Shown one piece after another: positions 36,589 to 47,880 of a DNA stretch of 64,000 nt. Source of the DNA: a virus. Numbering within the stretch: the stretch's first letter is position 1; the number at the start of each line of letters is the position of its first letter. Below the pieces are notes generated by a model. The model did not search any database. It saw nothing but the letters and a program-made list of their open reading frames with translations, and had not been told where the DNA came from. The stretch is taken from positions 1 through 64,000 of IMG/VR virus record IMGVR_UViG_3300045051_000172; one strand, given 5' to 3'. The translations under genes and the position numbers were made by a program.

Positions 36589-36642
36589 TAACGGGGAACT
36601 CGCAAGGATAGTAGAATAAGGGTAGATTTACAGGAGATTTAG

Positions 36643-39600
36643 ATGGCCATTCTAAGTAAAGTTTTAATGCATCCTCAAGAAAGGTTTGACCTCGAAGACT
36701 TCGAGCAAGGTCAGATCGATCAATTGACCGATGCAAAGTTCTGGACCCGAGAATTCCTGTCTGAAGGTGCTTATATCCTCAAGGGATTCGCAGTATCTGG
36801 CCTCGGCGCTCCCTCTCCTTGTTCAGTTTCTCTTACAGATGCAACCCTGATTAATTCAAACAATACCGGAGATTTCTCCTGGTTTACTGCTCCTACGAGT
36901 CCAACTCCCCTCAGCGTAACTCTTCAACCTTCGAGTCGAAATTATCTCGAATTGGAATTGTCGACTGTTGACGGAACCCCCTTGACTAAAGCGTTTTGGG
37001 ACCCCTCGGCTGACGGTGGAAATGGTGCAGAATTTCAACAAATCGTCGATACCATTACTGACTTAGATGTCAACGTAATCGTATCAACCACAAGTTTTAG
37101 CGGTTCTGCGGATAGAATTCCTCTCGCGATTGTCGACACAGACGGAACCAATACGGTCAAACTTATCATCGATAAACGACCCCTGTTCTTCAGACTCGGA
37201 ACTACTTCTGACTCTCTTAACAATTTCAACTGGTTGAGTCAATTAGAACCTGCCGTGACCCTGACCTTGTCTGGCGTTTCCGGATCTTTCACTGCGGGAG
37301 AAATCTTAAACTTCTCAGGCGGCGCAACTGCGACACTTCAATCCGGAGTCACGACTCCTTTATTGGCTGTAAATTTCAGCTCTGATTCATTCGCAGTAGG
37401 CAACACGGTTACTGGCGCAACCTCAGGCGCGAGCGGAACTTTGCTCACTGCGTCAGACTCTTTCACTGGAGCCGACAAGAACATTAAGAATTTCAAAAAT
37501 GCACTTGATGCAGTAATGACTGAAATCAAACGCATCAAAGGAACAAACTACTGGTATGAAGCCGGTTTCGGTTCTGTTCTCGGTGAAATGAGATTCATCA
37601 ACTCCGTTCTAACTCAGAACACAACTTCAGCATTTATTGGATGGGATGGAACCAACGTAAGAATTTCCGACAATAACGGAACTCCTACGGCTGCAGATAA
37701 TATCGGTTTAATCAGAATTTTCGGATATAACGGAACCCTCAATTTACGTCGACAAGACGGAACTGGCGGCTCGTCCTTAATTCCACTTTCCGATGGTCAA
37801 GTTCTTTATGTGGAGCTTCCTACCTCTGGCAATAGAAACTATTCCGGAGTCGGTGCTGGATCTACGAATTACAAAACGATTGGTCGAACATCTTTCGTCC
37901 TCAACGATTCTAATTACTGGATCGCTTATCGAGAAGGTGGAAAAATTTACGTCCGAGGAATGGGCGAACTTGAAACTGGCGAAGAAGGTGGAATCGGAGA
38001 TACTCTCCCAGTTGACTTAATGACAGCTCTTGGATTGGATGAAAATGATCCAACTCCAAACTATACTTCGGATATCCGAGGTTCGGCTGGAGAAAGCTTC
38101 TTAGCTCGTATCAGCACCTTGACTTCCAACCAAGGAGATTATCAAGAAGATCGATCTGCATTTATTAGATCAAATTCTCCCGTTGTTTGGACTGGAACTC
38201 AACTTCAATTCACGGACAATATCGTTTTAGAAATCATCAATTCCAAAATTGGAACTACGACTCTTCACACGATCTTAACTTCTGGAAGTCCTTTAAATTT
38301 AACGAATGGTCAAATCGCGTATATAACGGTTGATAGAACAACTGCTTCTGAAAACGTCACATTGACAGTTGGGACTTCGACCCCAGCGCAAGTTCAAGCA
38401 AATAAAGACATTTTTGTTCTCTTCAAAAGAATTGATATTTCAGGACAAGGATTTTTATTCCTTCCCTTCAACCGACAAGTATTCCGAGCTGGACAAAGTT
38501 CATACCTTGGAGCATCAGGTTCTGGTTCTGGAATCACAGCAATTGATTTCCATGATCCTTTGAGCACGACTCTTCCTACGGGAACTTCAGTCACTATTGA
38601 CGGAGTCTCAGGAGTGGACGGGGATCTGGTTCTCTATACGAACCTCTCTTCTGGAAATAATCGAGTTTATAAACTGGGCGGCGTAGGAGTTTCTCTTACT
38701 TGGACCGCTCAATTCTCCTTCTCAAACGGAATCGATCCTTCAGATATGGATTTGATTGCGATTCGACGAGGAAATGGATTTGCCGATCAAATTGGTAAAT
38801 ACACTGGAACTGCTTGGCAATTCAACAAAACTCTTCGATATTTCGATGGAGCAAACTACGTTGAAATGGAAGCCATTAAAACTTCTACTTTGACCGCTTC
38901 AACAACTGACAATTTATTCAGCGTATCAGCCGCTTCTTCTGAAAACTGGGAAGTCCACTATTCCATCCTCAGAGGTTCAATTAAAGAATCAGGCATTCTC
39001 TTCCTAAACCACAATGGTACGGTTGCTTCTGTATCTCAAAGTGGAACGAATAACAATGGAGACGTTGGAATTGAATGGGATGCCGACATCAACGCAGGAA
39101 ACGTCCGTTTGAGATACTCCGCTGATGCTTCTGGCCCTGATGCGACAATCAAATATTTCTTCTTCCGATGGTCTGATGCTGTGGGAGGCCCTAATGGAAT
39201 TCCTTCGTATTCTGGAATCAGCGCTACTCCTGTTGTGGCCGCCGGTAACGTCGGAGATGTGCAATTTAAGGGATCAGGCGGCGGATTAGCTGCGAATGCA
39301 GAATTTACTTGGGATGATACAACCAAAGAATTAAACTTAAATGGTCTCAGATTGAGCACTTTACGCTCGGCTGCAATCGCCAATAACGTAGGTTCTCCAA
39401 CGACTTTATTCAGTATCGATGCCTCTTCCTTCGAATTCGCAACAATCGAATTCAGTATCAAACGAGGGACTGGTCGAAAAGTAGGACGTATTTTTATCGC
39501 GGCAGATGGCCCGTCTCCTACTGTAACTGGGTTTAACGAAGACTGGAGCGAGCCGCTTCCCACAGGCGTAACCCTGTCGGCTTCAATTTCGGGTTCTTTG

Positions 39601-39675
39601 GTAAATATTCAATATATTTCAGACAACTCAGGCCCTACTGGGACGATGAAATACCATCAAAAGAAATGGGATTAA
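36643..39675 (+). CDS. proximal tail fibre / fibre-attachment protein
   Basis: 1010 aa after the wedge genes; N-terminal QERFDLEDF; two copies of a ~100-aa C-terminal beta domain. Confidence 0.7.
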   Translation: MAILSKVLMHPQERFDLEDFEQGQIDQLTDAKFWTREFLSEGAYILKGFAVSGLGAPSPCSVSLTDATLINSNNTGDFSWFTAPTSPTPLSVTLQPSSRNYLELELSTVDGTPLTKAFWDPSADGGNGAEFQQIVDTITDLDVNVIVSTTSFSGSADRIPLAIVDTDGTNTVKLIIDKRPLFFRLGTTSDSLNNFNWLSQLEPAVTLTLSGVSGSFTAGEILNFSGGATATLQSGVTTPLLAVNFSSDSFAVGNTVTGATSGASGTLLTASDSFTGADKNIKNFKNALDAVMTEIKRIKGTNYWYEAGFGSVLGEMRFINSVLTQNTTSAFIGWDGTNVRISDNNGTPTAADNIGLIRIFGYNGTLNLRRQDGTGGSSLIPLSDGQVLYVELPTSGNRNYSGVGAGSTNYKTIGRTSFVLNDSNYWIAYREGGKIYVRGMGELETGEEGGIGDTLPVDLMTALGLDENDPTPNYTSDIRGSAGESFLARISTLTSNQGDYQEDRSAFIRSNSPVVWTGTQLQFTDNIVLEIINSKIGTTTLHTILTSGSPLNLTNGQIAYITVDRTTASENVTLTVGTSTPAQVQANKDIFVLFKRIDISGQGFLFLPFNRQVFRAGQSSYLGASGSGSGITAIDFHDPLSTTLPTGTSVTIDGVSGVDGDLVLYTNLSSGNNRVYKLGGVGVSLTWTAQFSFSNGIDPSDMDLIAIRRGNGFADQIGKYTGTAWQFNKTLRYFDGANYVEMEAIKTSTLTASTTDNLFSVSAASSENWEVHYSILRGSIKESGILFLNHNGTVASVSQSGTNNNGDVGIEWDADINAGNVRLRYSADASGPDATIKYFFFRWSDAVGGPNGIPSYSGISATPVVAAGNVGDVQFKGSGGGLAANAEFTWDDTTKELNLNGLRLSTLRSAAIANNVGSPTTLFSIDASSFEFATIEFSIKRGTGRKVGRIFIAADGPSPTVTGFNEDWSEPLPTGVTLSASISGSLVNIQYISDNSGPTGTMKYHQKKWD

Positions 39676-39704
39676 CAGGCTTATACTAGGTTTAGGAGAA
39701 AACT

Positions 39705-41753
39705 ATGGCATCAGGAACATATAAAATTTCAGGCGCTCTGCAAATGGGAGCAATGGCCTCGGCCCCAGCTTCCCCAGTTCAAGGGCTTATTTATTACGAT
39801 TCAGCCCTTCAAGAGTTTCGACTCTATGCAGGCGGCGGATTCAAACATATTGCTGATTTCAGCGTGTTGGGATCTACGGCCAACGGAGAAGGTGCCTCAA
39901 CCATTGGTATCGAAGATGTTGATGGAAATTTCACAGCTACCAACGTAGAAGCAGCTCTTGCTGAACTCTATGAGGGTCTCGCAACCGCTGGCGCGACAAC
40001 CTTCGACGAAGCAATGTTCCGAATTTATAAAACTGGCGCTCCTACGACTGAATTAATTTTCTCTCTTACGGCTCTCACCGCAGACCGTACAATTACGATG
40101 CCAGATTCGAACGTGAACCTTGGTTTAGTTGCTACTGCGATTCAACGAGATGGTTCGGTTGCTTTCACTGCAAATCAGCCTATGGGCGGATTCAAACTTA
40201 CCGGCCTTGCTGCTGGTACAAGTGCCGGTGACTCAGTTCGATACGAGCAAGCTATCTTGATCTCTGGAGCTAACGCTTTCGCTGCAAACCAACCAATGGG
40301 TGGATTTAAGTTCACTGGTTTAGGTGCAGGATCAGGCGCTGGCGATTCAGTAAGATATGAACAAGTTATTCTGGTCAACGGCGCAAATGCCTTCACTGCC
40401 GACCAATCTTTAGGTGGATTCAAAATCACCAACTTAGGTGCTCCAAGTGCTGGCGGCGATGCTACCAATAAGACTTACGTTGATGGCCAAATTGCAAACT
40501 ATATCAACGGAGTAAAACCAAAACAAGCCGCACGAGTTGCTGCAGATGTTGATGTTGATATCGCTACTGAATTAGAAAACGGCGATACCTTAGACAGCAT
40601 TGTTTTGGCAACTGGCGACCGAGTTCTCTTGACCGCACAAACGGCACCTGAAGATAATGGTGTGTATGTGGTTCAAGCTTCTGGAGCCGCTATTCGATCT
40701 TCGGATTTCGATTCTCTTACTCCAATTGACGAAATCAATGGAGCCTACTTACCAATTCAAGAAGGTACATACCAAGGCGCACTTTTCGTTCAATACGGAA
40801 CAGTTTCCGTTATTGGAACAGATCCAATTAACTTTACATACATCCCTGCCGTTACGTCAATCGTAGGCGGAGATATGATCTCGGTTCTCGGAAATATTGT
40901 TTCTGTAGACCTTGCAACAGTTTCTGGTTTGGAATCTACCAACCCTGGAAACAACGCTGGACAACTTCGAATCAAACTCGAAGCTTCAAACCCCAGCTTA
41001 CAAATCAGCGGTTCTAACGAACTTGGTGCGAAATTGTATTCAGGTGGCGCATTAGTTAAGAACTCTTCTGGTCTCTTGGTAAACACCGATGGAACCACAA
41101 TTGAGATCGCGACTAACGCTTTACAAATTAAAGACAACGGAGTTTCTGATGCTAAATTCCGACAATCTGCTGGACTCAGCGTTGTTGGACGTTCGGCTAA
41201 CTCAACTGGAAACGTAGCAGACATTACTGCCGCAGTTGATGGACAAGTGCTCCGAAGAAGTGGAACTTCGATTGGATTCGGCCTTTTGGTTGATGCCAAC
41301 ATTGATGCCGCTGCCGCAATCGCAGGTACGAAAGTATCTCCTGATTTCGGTTCCCAAAACATCAGAACGACTGGACAAATCCGACAAGGATCTGCTTCGA
41401 ATGATGTGGAAGAATTCTATCTCCATAACCAAACCCTTAATGGCAGTGCGTCAGGAACGGCTTTGGCTACGTTGACTTTTAATGGTCAAACGTACAAATC
41501 TTTGGTCATTATTTACAACGTAGTCGATACGGTAAGTAATAACCGACGAACTGGTATCCTCTATGTTTCAGCAGATAACGCTTCGGGCGTAACTCCTGCT
41601 GCGGCTGATGCAACTGATACCGGCGGAGATGCTGATGGCGATCCAGGCGTACAATGGGCTGCAGCAATCAGCGGTACAGACGTTGAAGTGCGATATACGA
41701 CTACAGCGAATAACAAGACGTTAAACGCCAAAGTCTTTAGAATTAGAGCCTAA
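39705..41753 (+). CDS. tail fibre protein
   Basis: three tandem ~34-aa repeats (F.ANQPMGGFK.TGL.AG..AGDSVRYEQ), DATNKTYVD, GDRVLL...NGVYV fibre modules. Confidence 0.8.
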   Translation: MASGTYKISGALQMGAMASAPASPVQGLIYYDSALQEFRLYAGGGFKHIADFSVLGSTANGEGASTIGIEDVDGNFTATNVEAALAELYEGLATAGATTFDEAMFRIYKTGAPTTELIFSLTALTADRTITMPDSNVNLGLVATAIQRDGSVAFTANQPMGGFKLTGLAAGTSAGDSVRYEQAILISGANAFAANQPMGGFKFTGLGAGSGAGDSVRYEQVILVNGANAFTADQSLGGFKITNLGAPSAGGDATNKTYVDGQIANYINGVKPKQAARVAADVDVDIATELENGDTLDSIVLATGDRVLLTAQTAPEDNGVYVVQASGAAIRSSDFDSLTPIDEINGAYLPIQEGTYQGALFVQYGTVSVIGTDPINFTYIPAVTSIVGGDMISVLGNIVSVDLATVSGLESTNPGNNAGQLRIKLEASNPSLQISGSNELGAKLYSGGALVKNSSGLLVNTDGTTIEIATNALQIKDNGVSDAKFRQSAGLSVVGRSANSTGNVADITAAVDGQVLRRSGTSIGFGLLVDANIDAAAAIAGTKVSPDFGSQNIRTTGQIRQGSASNDVEEFYLHNQTLNGSASGTALATLTFNGQTYKSLVIIYNVVDTVSNNRRTGILYVSADNASGVTPAAADATDTGGDADGDPGVQWAAAISGTDVEVRYTTTANNKTLNAKVFRIRA

Positions 41754-41819
41754 AAATTAGATGTGCCCTAACGGGCCCATCGAACCCTCCAAGGATGTTG
41801 GAATTGAAGGAGTTCGAGA

Positions 41820-43697
41820 GTGAACGGTTTTTATAAAATCAAAAAGGGGATCAATTTAGATCCTCAAACAGCTCCCGCATCTCCTATCAATGGCGACGTT
41901 TACTACGATTCCGGAACAAACAAATTCAATTTCCGAGAAAATGGTGCATGGACTCAAATCGGGGCCTCCAACATTACCGGACCCGGCTCCAGCACTGATA
42001 ATGCTTTAGTTCGCTGGGACGGAGTTACCGGAACTGCAATAAAAAATTCTACGGTTGTTCTTGACGGATCGGGAAACATAACCGGAGTTGCCCAACTCAC
42101 TGCAACTACTTTAAAAGCCAGTACAGTTCGATTAGATGACACTGCTTCTGCTTTCGATCTGTTGATTCAATCAACTTCTTCTGGAGTATTGACAGCGGAT
42201 CGAACTCTCACAATCGATGTAACGGATGCGAACAGAACTATCGATTTAGCTGGAAACTTAACAGTCTCTTCGGCAGCTACGATATCCGGAACCAACTCCG
42301 GAGACGTAACTTTAGGAGCTGTGGGTTCATCTCCCAACGGAAACGGCGCAAGTCTTTCCGGCCAAGTTCTCACACTTCAACCTGCTGATGGATCTAACCC
42401 TGGGGTCTTAACTGCCGGAACTCAGACCATTGGCGGAGCAAAAACTTTTTCTGGAAACGTAATTATTTCCGGAAACCTCACGGTCAACGGAACCACGACT
42501 ACGATCAATACAACCACATTGAACGTGACGGACACAAATATCACGGTCAACAATGGGGGAAATGACGCTTCTTCAGAAGGCGCAGGTTTGACCGTAGCAA
42601 GAACGGGGACTGCGGGATCTTTCATTTATGCCGCAGCCGCCGCATCTAAATGGAAAATCGGAGCCCTTGGAGCTGAAGTTGAAGTTGCAGATATTTCAAC
42701 TGCTCAAACATTTTTAAATAAGACTCATACCAGTCCAGTAATCAACAATGCCACTTTGAGCATTGATGATACGGCAACTGCGTTTTCTTTGAGTCTCGTT
42801 TCGACCTCTTCTGCATCATTGTCTGCGAATAGAAGTTTGACGTTCAACGTGCAAAATGCCGACCGCACCATATCAATGGCTGGAAACCTGACGGTATCGG
42901 GGACGGCTACGGTAAGTGGAACAAATACGGGCGATCAAACAATTACCCTCACCGGAGATGTGACGGGATCGGGCACTGGATCTTTCGCTGCTACGATTGC
43001 AAACAATGCAGTGACCAATGCCAAATTGGCGGACATGAATGCCAATACGATCAAAGGTAACAATACCGGCGGCGCAACAGACCCTATCGATTTGACTACC
43101 GCTCAAGTAAAAACCATGTTGGACCTCACTGGAACCAACTCTGGAGACTTAACCCTGACCGCCGTAGGATCTTCCCCTAATGCTAACGGAGCCTCACTTT
43201 CAGGCCAGGCCTTGACTTTGCAACCCGCGAACGGTACAAACCCTGGAGCCTTGACTGCAATTGCCCAAGTGATAGGCGGGGATAAGACTTTCAACGGTAA
43301 TATCATAGAGTTAGGTCTATTCAGACTCGCAGATACGAGTGCAGCAAACTATCTTGAAAGCCAATACGTCCATACGGTTACCCTGACCGGCGGACAAACG
43401 AATGCCGTTGCTTCGAGCTTCACCTTCAACTCTCAAACTATCAAAGGTCTAATTATTTCCTACAATGTTTTTGATGCGACGACTTTGAACCGAAAAACCG
43501 GCCATCTTTATGTTTCTGTGGATAAGGCTTCGGGCGTCACCGGGGTCAATCCGACCATTGCAGACGTAGGTTCGGACAATTCTGAAGTCGGAATCGACTG
43601 GGATGTCCAGATGAACTCGACCAACGTAGAAGTCCTTTATACGACAACTGCGGGCAATAAAACCATGCGCTGCGAGATAAAGAGATTCCAAGCTTAA
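41820..43697 (+). CDS. tail fibre protein
   Basis: GTG start; duplicated [26 protein letters not shown] and DDTA.AF.L...DRTI..AGNLTVS modules. Confidence 0.8.
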   Translation: MNGFYKIKKGINLDPQTAPASPINGDVYYDSGTNKFNFRENGAWTQIGASNITGPGSSTDNALVRWDGVTGTAIKNSTVVLDGSGNITGVAQLTATTLKASTVRLDDTASAFDLLIQSTSSGVLTADRTLTIDVTDANRTIDLAGNLTVSSAATISGTNSGDVTLGAVGSSPNGNGASLSGQVLTLQPADGSNPGVLTAGTQTIGGAKTFSGNVIISGNLTVNGTTTTINTTTLNVTDTNITVNNGGNDASSEGAGLTVARTGTAGSFIYAAAAASKWKIGALGAEVEVADISTAQTFLNKTHTSPVINNATLSIDDTATAFSLSLVSTSSASLSANRSLTFNVQNADRTISMAGNLTVSGTATVSGTNTGDQTITLTGDVTGSGTGSFAATIANNAVTNAKLADMNANTIKGNNTGGATDPIDLTTAQVKTMLDLTGTNSGDLTLTAVGSSPNANGASLSGQALTLQPANGTNPGALTAIAQVIGGDKTFNGNIIELGLFRLADTSAANYLESQYVHTVTLTGGQTNAVASSFTFNSQTIKGLIISYNVFDATTLNRKTGHLYVSVDKASGVTGVNPTIADVGSDNSEVGIDWDVQMNSTNVEVLYTTTAGNKTMRCEIKRFQA

Positions 43698-43763
43698 TGT
43701 TAAACTGAAAAAAAGGCATATAGGATGCCCTTTTCACGAAAGTGACTGAAAAGGAGACGCCAA

Positions 43764-46460
43764 ATGGCTTCTAAGAACGCTTTTAAGATATCAAAATATC
43801 TGTCCATGAAACCTCAGGCCTCTGCGCCTTCTTCTCCAAATGATGGAGATGCTTACTACGATTCCGCTTTAGGAAAATTTCGTTTTAGACAAAATTCTGC
43901 TTGGGTTGAAGTCGGTTCCGGCAATGCCGAGAGTGCACTCTTACTCAGCTTGCTTCAATCCAACAATATGGAAGAAGCTGCTTTTTCAAGTTTTAATAAC
44001 GGTGAAGATGACATCATACGTTCGGCTGATGGTCAGAACGTAACTTTAGATTCTGCCAACGGACGATACTCAGCTTCTGCTGCCGGTGAATTTACTTACT
44101 GGGATGGTTACAGAGATCCTACTGCTGGAGCAACTAGCGAGCAATGGACCTCAAATGGTACTGCAACCGGACAATCTGTTGCGAATTCTGGCGGCGAATT
44201 TACAATCACCGATGCTTCAGTTTCAGGACGAAGAGCATATACAAAATCATTTACATCTTTGACGGGCACGGGAGACTGCGTACTCGAAGCCAAAATGAAG
44301 ATCACTTCTGAAACTACCTATGTCACTTACACGGGTTCCGATCAATGGACTGGACTCGGATTTCAAATTCGAGATGGTTCGAGAGACATTAGAGCAAATT
44401 TTATTCGAGAAGGTTCTTCTTCTGGAACAAGAGAATTAGTATTTGGTAATGCTGGATCTACCATCTTGAATGATGCTGATACTGGAGCTGCGCTTAGAAT
44501 TGTAGTAGATTACACTCAATATCACCTTTATCAGTTCTATAAACAAGGCACCAACTTATTGATCTACATTGACGGAGCCTATAAAGGTCGAGTCGCCACT
44601 GGGGGCTTTTCTTCAACTGCCTCTACTGATGTTTTCTGGGGTGGATATACAATTGATACCGCACAATCAGTTAGCGTGTGGCAATATGTGAATTTCAAAT
44701 CTTGGAAATCAATTTTAGCAACTAAGAATCTAAATTATCGCGGAACTGGAGCTTATGAAGGAGACGGTGATCCCGCCGCTGCTACTTCTTCCGGAACCAA
44801 CTTAGCCGGAGCCAATTTATTCTTTTTAGAAGATAACTGGGTTCAATGGACGGCAGATATCTCCGGACCTACTCCATCTACTGTAGTTTTTGGAAGTTCT
44901 AACGTGTCCACTTCAGTGACTCCTCAGTCAGCTCGAAGAATTGTTCTTTCTGGAGCACAGAGAGCTAACTGGTCCAGAACGGTATTTCCTGCGGAAGTAG
45001 TGGACGATGCTTCTTTAAGTTTTCAAGCCAACGTATATTTCGAAGCAATTAACTTCTTAGCTGGAGATTCTTGCTCCGTAATCTTGATGCGAGTTTTCAA
45101 TAAATCAATTCGAGTCATTCTTAAAAGAAGCACCGGATTGGCTTCAAATGTTCTGGAATGTGGTATTGCGGATAGCTCGGATACCTCATTCTTAACCACA
45201 AATGTCACTGGGTCAACGGGCTTTGTGACTGTTGGTGAAAGACATACTTTTGAACTTCGAAGAATTAACGCTAAACGATTTCAATTTCTTTTAGATGGAA
45301 AAGTTCAACAAGAAGTTGCTCAGTCAGATGCTAACTTAACTGCATCTACAGCAAATGATATTTTTTGGGGTAACGTATCGAACCTCAATGCTTCTTCTTC
45401 TATGACTTGGCAATGGGGTCATGTTCGATATACAGTAGGTCCGGATTCAATGCTTCCAAAATCTCCTCATAAAGAGTTTTTGGCTTTGTTAGATTATTCT
45501 GACACTTCCATGCATGTGAGCTTCAGTTCCGATAACGTGACTTGGTCTGTTCCAGTTCCAGTGTCGGATACAGGTGCCTCAGATTTTGTTGGAATAACTG
45601 GGCAACGTGCCGCAGGTTATGTATTTTCTCGATTTCTGTTTAACGCAGGAGGAAGTACCCCCTACTTAAACAACCTAGCGATCCTCTTCAATTCTGCAGC
45701 AGGAGCTGGAGGTTTAAGTAATCTTGCAGTTAAAACCTACACTACGACTGAAATTCCATCCGCTCCAGCTACGGTTACTTTCAACCATGGACTTAGTGTT
45801 TCTGAAGATGAAATTATAGTTTTTGGCGGAACTGAGCACTTAGTTAAAGATTTAGACTGGGCCTATTTATCAAGTGATTCCATTTCAATCATTAACGCAA
45901 ATCCCGGAGTTCCGTATACGGTTCGACGAGTAGGATTTAGCTTTGATCGAAGTTCCAGCAACTCGGATAGATTGGATGATATTGAACAAGTAATTAAAGT
46001 AGTGGCAAAAAGAATCACGTCTACTCAAACTATTACTGCTGGAACTAGCTGGGTAGAGCTTATTTATAACGGAGAGATTGAAGACACTACAAATTCTTAT
46101 GATCCAACAACAGGCAGATTTACTGTCCCAGAGGATGGAACTTACCTAGTTACTTGGGGCATGGATGCTCTCACGGGAGGAACAGTTCCCACTCAGTTAC
46201 AAGGAGCAGTACAAATTAACGGAAACTCAGGACCCGCAATCCCAAATGCCCATGCTCATGATTACATGAACCAAGGTGCTATTGTGGGTACTAACGCTGG
46301 GCGTGTTTTAAAAGGTTCTGCCATTCTTAAATTGAGCAAGAATGACTACATATCTGTTTGGGCCCAATGTACGAGTCAAAACGTATCTATGGATAACTTC
46401 TCAACTGATGTAGGTGCGTCGAGAATTGAAATTCAACGCATCAATCCAAAGAAGAGTTAA
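43764..46460 (+). CDS. tail fibre / receptor-binding protein with C-terminal C1q-like domain
   Basis: shared fibre N-terminal motif; lectin-like beta-rich middle; NSYDPTTGRFTVPEDGTYLV C1q-like signature. Confidence 0.75.
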   Translation: MASKNAFKISKYLSMKPQASAPSSPNDGDAYYDSALGKFRFRQNSAWVEVGSGNAESALLLSLLQSNNMEEAAFSSFNNGEDDIIRSADGQNVTLDSANGRYSASAAGEFTYWDGYRDPTAGATSEQWTSNGTATGQSVANSGGEFTITDASVSGRRAYTKSFTSLTGTGDCVLEAKMKITSETTYVTYTGSDQWTGLGFQIRDGSRDIRANFIREGSSSGTRELVFGNAGSTILNDADTGAALRIVVDYTQYHLYQFYKQGTNLLIYIDGAYKGRVATGGFSSTASTDVFWGGYTIDTAQSVSVWQYVNFKSWKSILATKNLNYRGTGAYEGDGDPAAATSSGTNLAGANLFFLEDNWVQWTADISGPTPSTVVFGSSNVSTSVTPQSARRIVLSGAQRANWSRTVFPAEVVDDASLSFQANVYFEAINFLAGDSCSVILMRVFNKSIRVILKRSTGLASNVLECGIADSSDTSFLTTNVTGSTGFVTVGERHTFELRRINAKRFQFLLDGKVQQEVAQSDANLTASTANDIFWGNVSNLNASSSMTWQWGHVRYTVGPDSMLPKSPHKEFLALLDYSDTSMHVSFSSDNVTWSVPVPVSDTGASDFVGITGQRAAGYVFSRFLFNAGGSTPYLNNLAILFNSAAGAGGLSNLAVKTYTTTEIPSAPATVTFNHGLSVSEDEIIVFGGTEHLVKDLDWAYLSSDSISIINANPGVPYTVRRVGFSFDRSSSNSDRLDDIEQVIKVVAKRITSTQTITAGTSWVELIYNGEIEDTTNSYDPTTGRFTVPEDGTYLVTWGMDALTGGTVPTQLQGAVQINGNSGPAIPNAHAHDYMNQGAIVGTNAGRVLKGSAILKLSKNDYISVWAQCTSQNVSMDNFSTDVGASRIEIQRINPKKS

Positions 46461-46468
46461 GGTGAACT

Positions 46469-46843
46469 ATGAAATGCTTTAGAAAAATATCAGATGACTC
46501 TTTTAACTCTGTGATTGATAACGAAAATCAAGAGTTGGGATTTGTCGGTCAATTGGATGAACAAGATAGACTCAGCAATGGAAATGTTTACGTTTCTTCA
46601 GATGAATTAAGTCCTGAAGAAAAAGAGCAGATTCTTGACGCCAATATTCGATGGAAGCGAGATGAACTTTTGGCAGCTTGTGATTGGACGCAAGGAAACG
46701 ATAGTCCATTAAGCGTGGAAGACAAAGCTCTGTGGGCTACTTACAGACAAGCATTACGAGATTTACCTGAAAATCTCGACCTCGATGCTGTAGACTATAT
46801 TTCAGAGATTGAATGGCCTACAAAGCCCGGAGAAGGAGCATAA
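46469..46843 (+). CDS. tail fibre assembly chaperone
   Basis: RDELLAACDWTQ..D......W..YRQALRDLP.....IEWP. Confidence 0.85.
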   Translation: MKCFRKISDDSFNSVIDNENQELGFVGQLDEQDRLSNGNVYVSSDELSPEEKEQILDANIRWKRDELLAACDWTQGNDSPLSVEDKALWATYRQALRDLPENLDLDAVDYISEIEWPTKPGEGA

Positions 46844-46844
46844 T

Positions 46845-47879
46845 ATGTCAGGTGGAATAAAAAGAGTTGGAAACGGAACCTCGCGAGCGCGGGGTATTAA
46901 GACTGGGGTAGACAACAATCCAAATCGACAAAGTTTGATTAAAATTAATCAACTGCAATTTCCAGTAATGACTGCATGGCAATCAGCTTCCCTGACTTAC
47001 CCTTCTCAATGGGGAACTACTACCCTAAACGAAGCCCGTATGCGCCGAGTAGGTGATTGTGTGGAAGTTGAGGGTTCTATTAGATCAGGAACTCTCACGG
47101 CAGGGCAGCCAATGGCTATTCCGCTTCCTGACGGTTTATCTTTAGATATTGCAAAACTTGGAACTTCTCAACGACATTGGTTTGGAATGGCTTGGAGATG
47201 TTCTTCAATTTCCACGACTATCCCGGTTGCGACCTTAGGGGTTTGGCCAATGTTCTACGACACGGCTGTAGGTAGCACTGGTTTAAGAGTTACCGATACT
47301 GCTCCCGGAACTCCGGCAGGCGCATTGTTCGACGGAACCAGACCTATCAACGGTTTGATTTCTTCAAACGACGCAATGAGCTTTAGATATCTTGTTCCTG
47401 TTTCAGGATGGGATGTAAACGCATTCGGGACTATTGAAGACATTATTGGATCTTCAATTCTCGATGCTTCTCGCTTAATCAAAGTCGGCAGAGTTGATGG
47501 ATCTAATCCTCTGCCAGGGGAAATTGGAGAATACTTCGAATCCAAAGGAACAAATGGAAGTGCTACTAACAGTCCGACCAACATGACTTCATTGACACTC
47601 CCTCCCGGGGATTGGGCCCTAGAAGGTCAAGTTTCCTTTAATGCTTCAAGCGGAACTCCGAGCCTCATGACAACTTCTATTTCAACTACAAGTGCTGTTC
47701 ATGGCACCGCAGGGGATAACTTACTCCTAAGTGCTCTTAACGGAGGCGGACAAGGAAATGCCCACATTTATTGGAGACAAAACATTACAGTGCAAACTAC
47801 GTTTTATTTAGTGACGACAATTTCTACCGCAGGTCACACAAACCAAGGATACAAACTTTGCGCGACAAGGAGAAGCTAA
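46845..47879 (+). CDS. tail fibre-like protein
   Basis: ATG 46845 after AAGGAG; RRVGDCVEV and LTLPPGDW..EGQV fibre-tip modules. Confidence 0.7.
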   Translation: MSGGIKRVGNGTSRARGIKTGVDNNPNRQSLIKINQLQFPVMTAWQSASLTYPSQWGTTTLNEARMRRVGDCVEVEGSIRSGTLTAGQPMAIPLPDGLSLDIAKLGTSQRHWFGMAWRCSSISTTIPVATLGVWPMFYDTAVGSTGLRVTDTAPGTPAGALFDGTRPINGLISSNDAMSFRYLVPVSGWDVNAFGTIEDIIGSSILDASRLIKVGRVDGSNPLPGEIGEYFESKGTNGSATNSPTNMTSLTLPPGDWALEGQVSFNASSGTPSLMTTSISTTSAVHGTAGDNLLLSALNGGGQGNAHIYWRQNITVQTTFYLVTTISTAGHTNQGYKLCATRRS

Positions 47880-47880
47880 C

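Noticed and set aside
23625-45208. Many 60-215 aa ORFs antisense to or nested in structural genes
   Set aside because: Shadow frames of long Ala/Gly/Ser/Thr-rich genes, with no RBS or motifs
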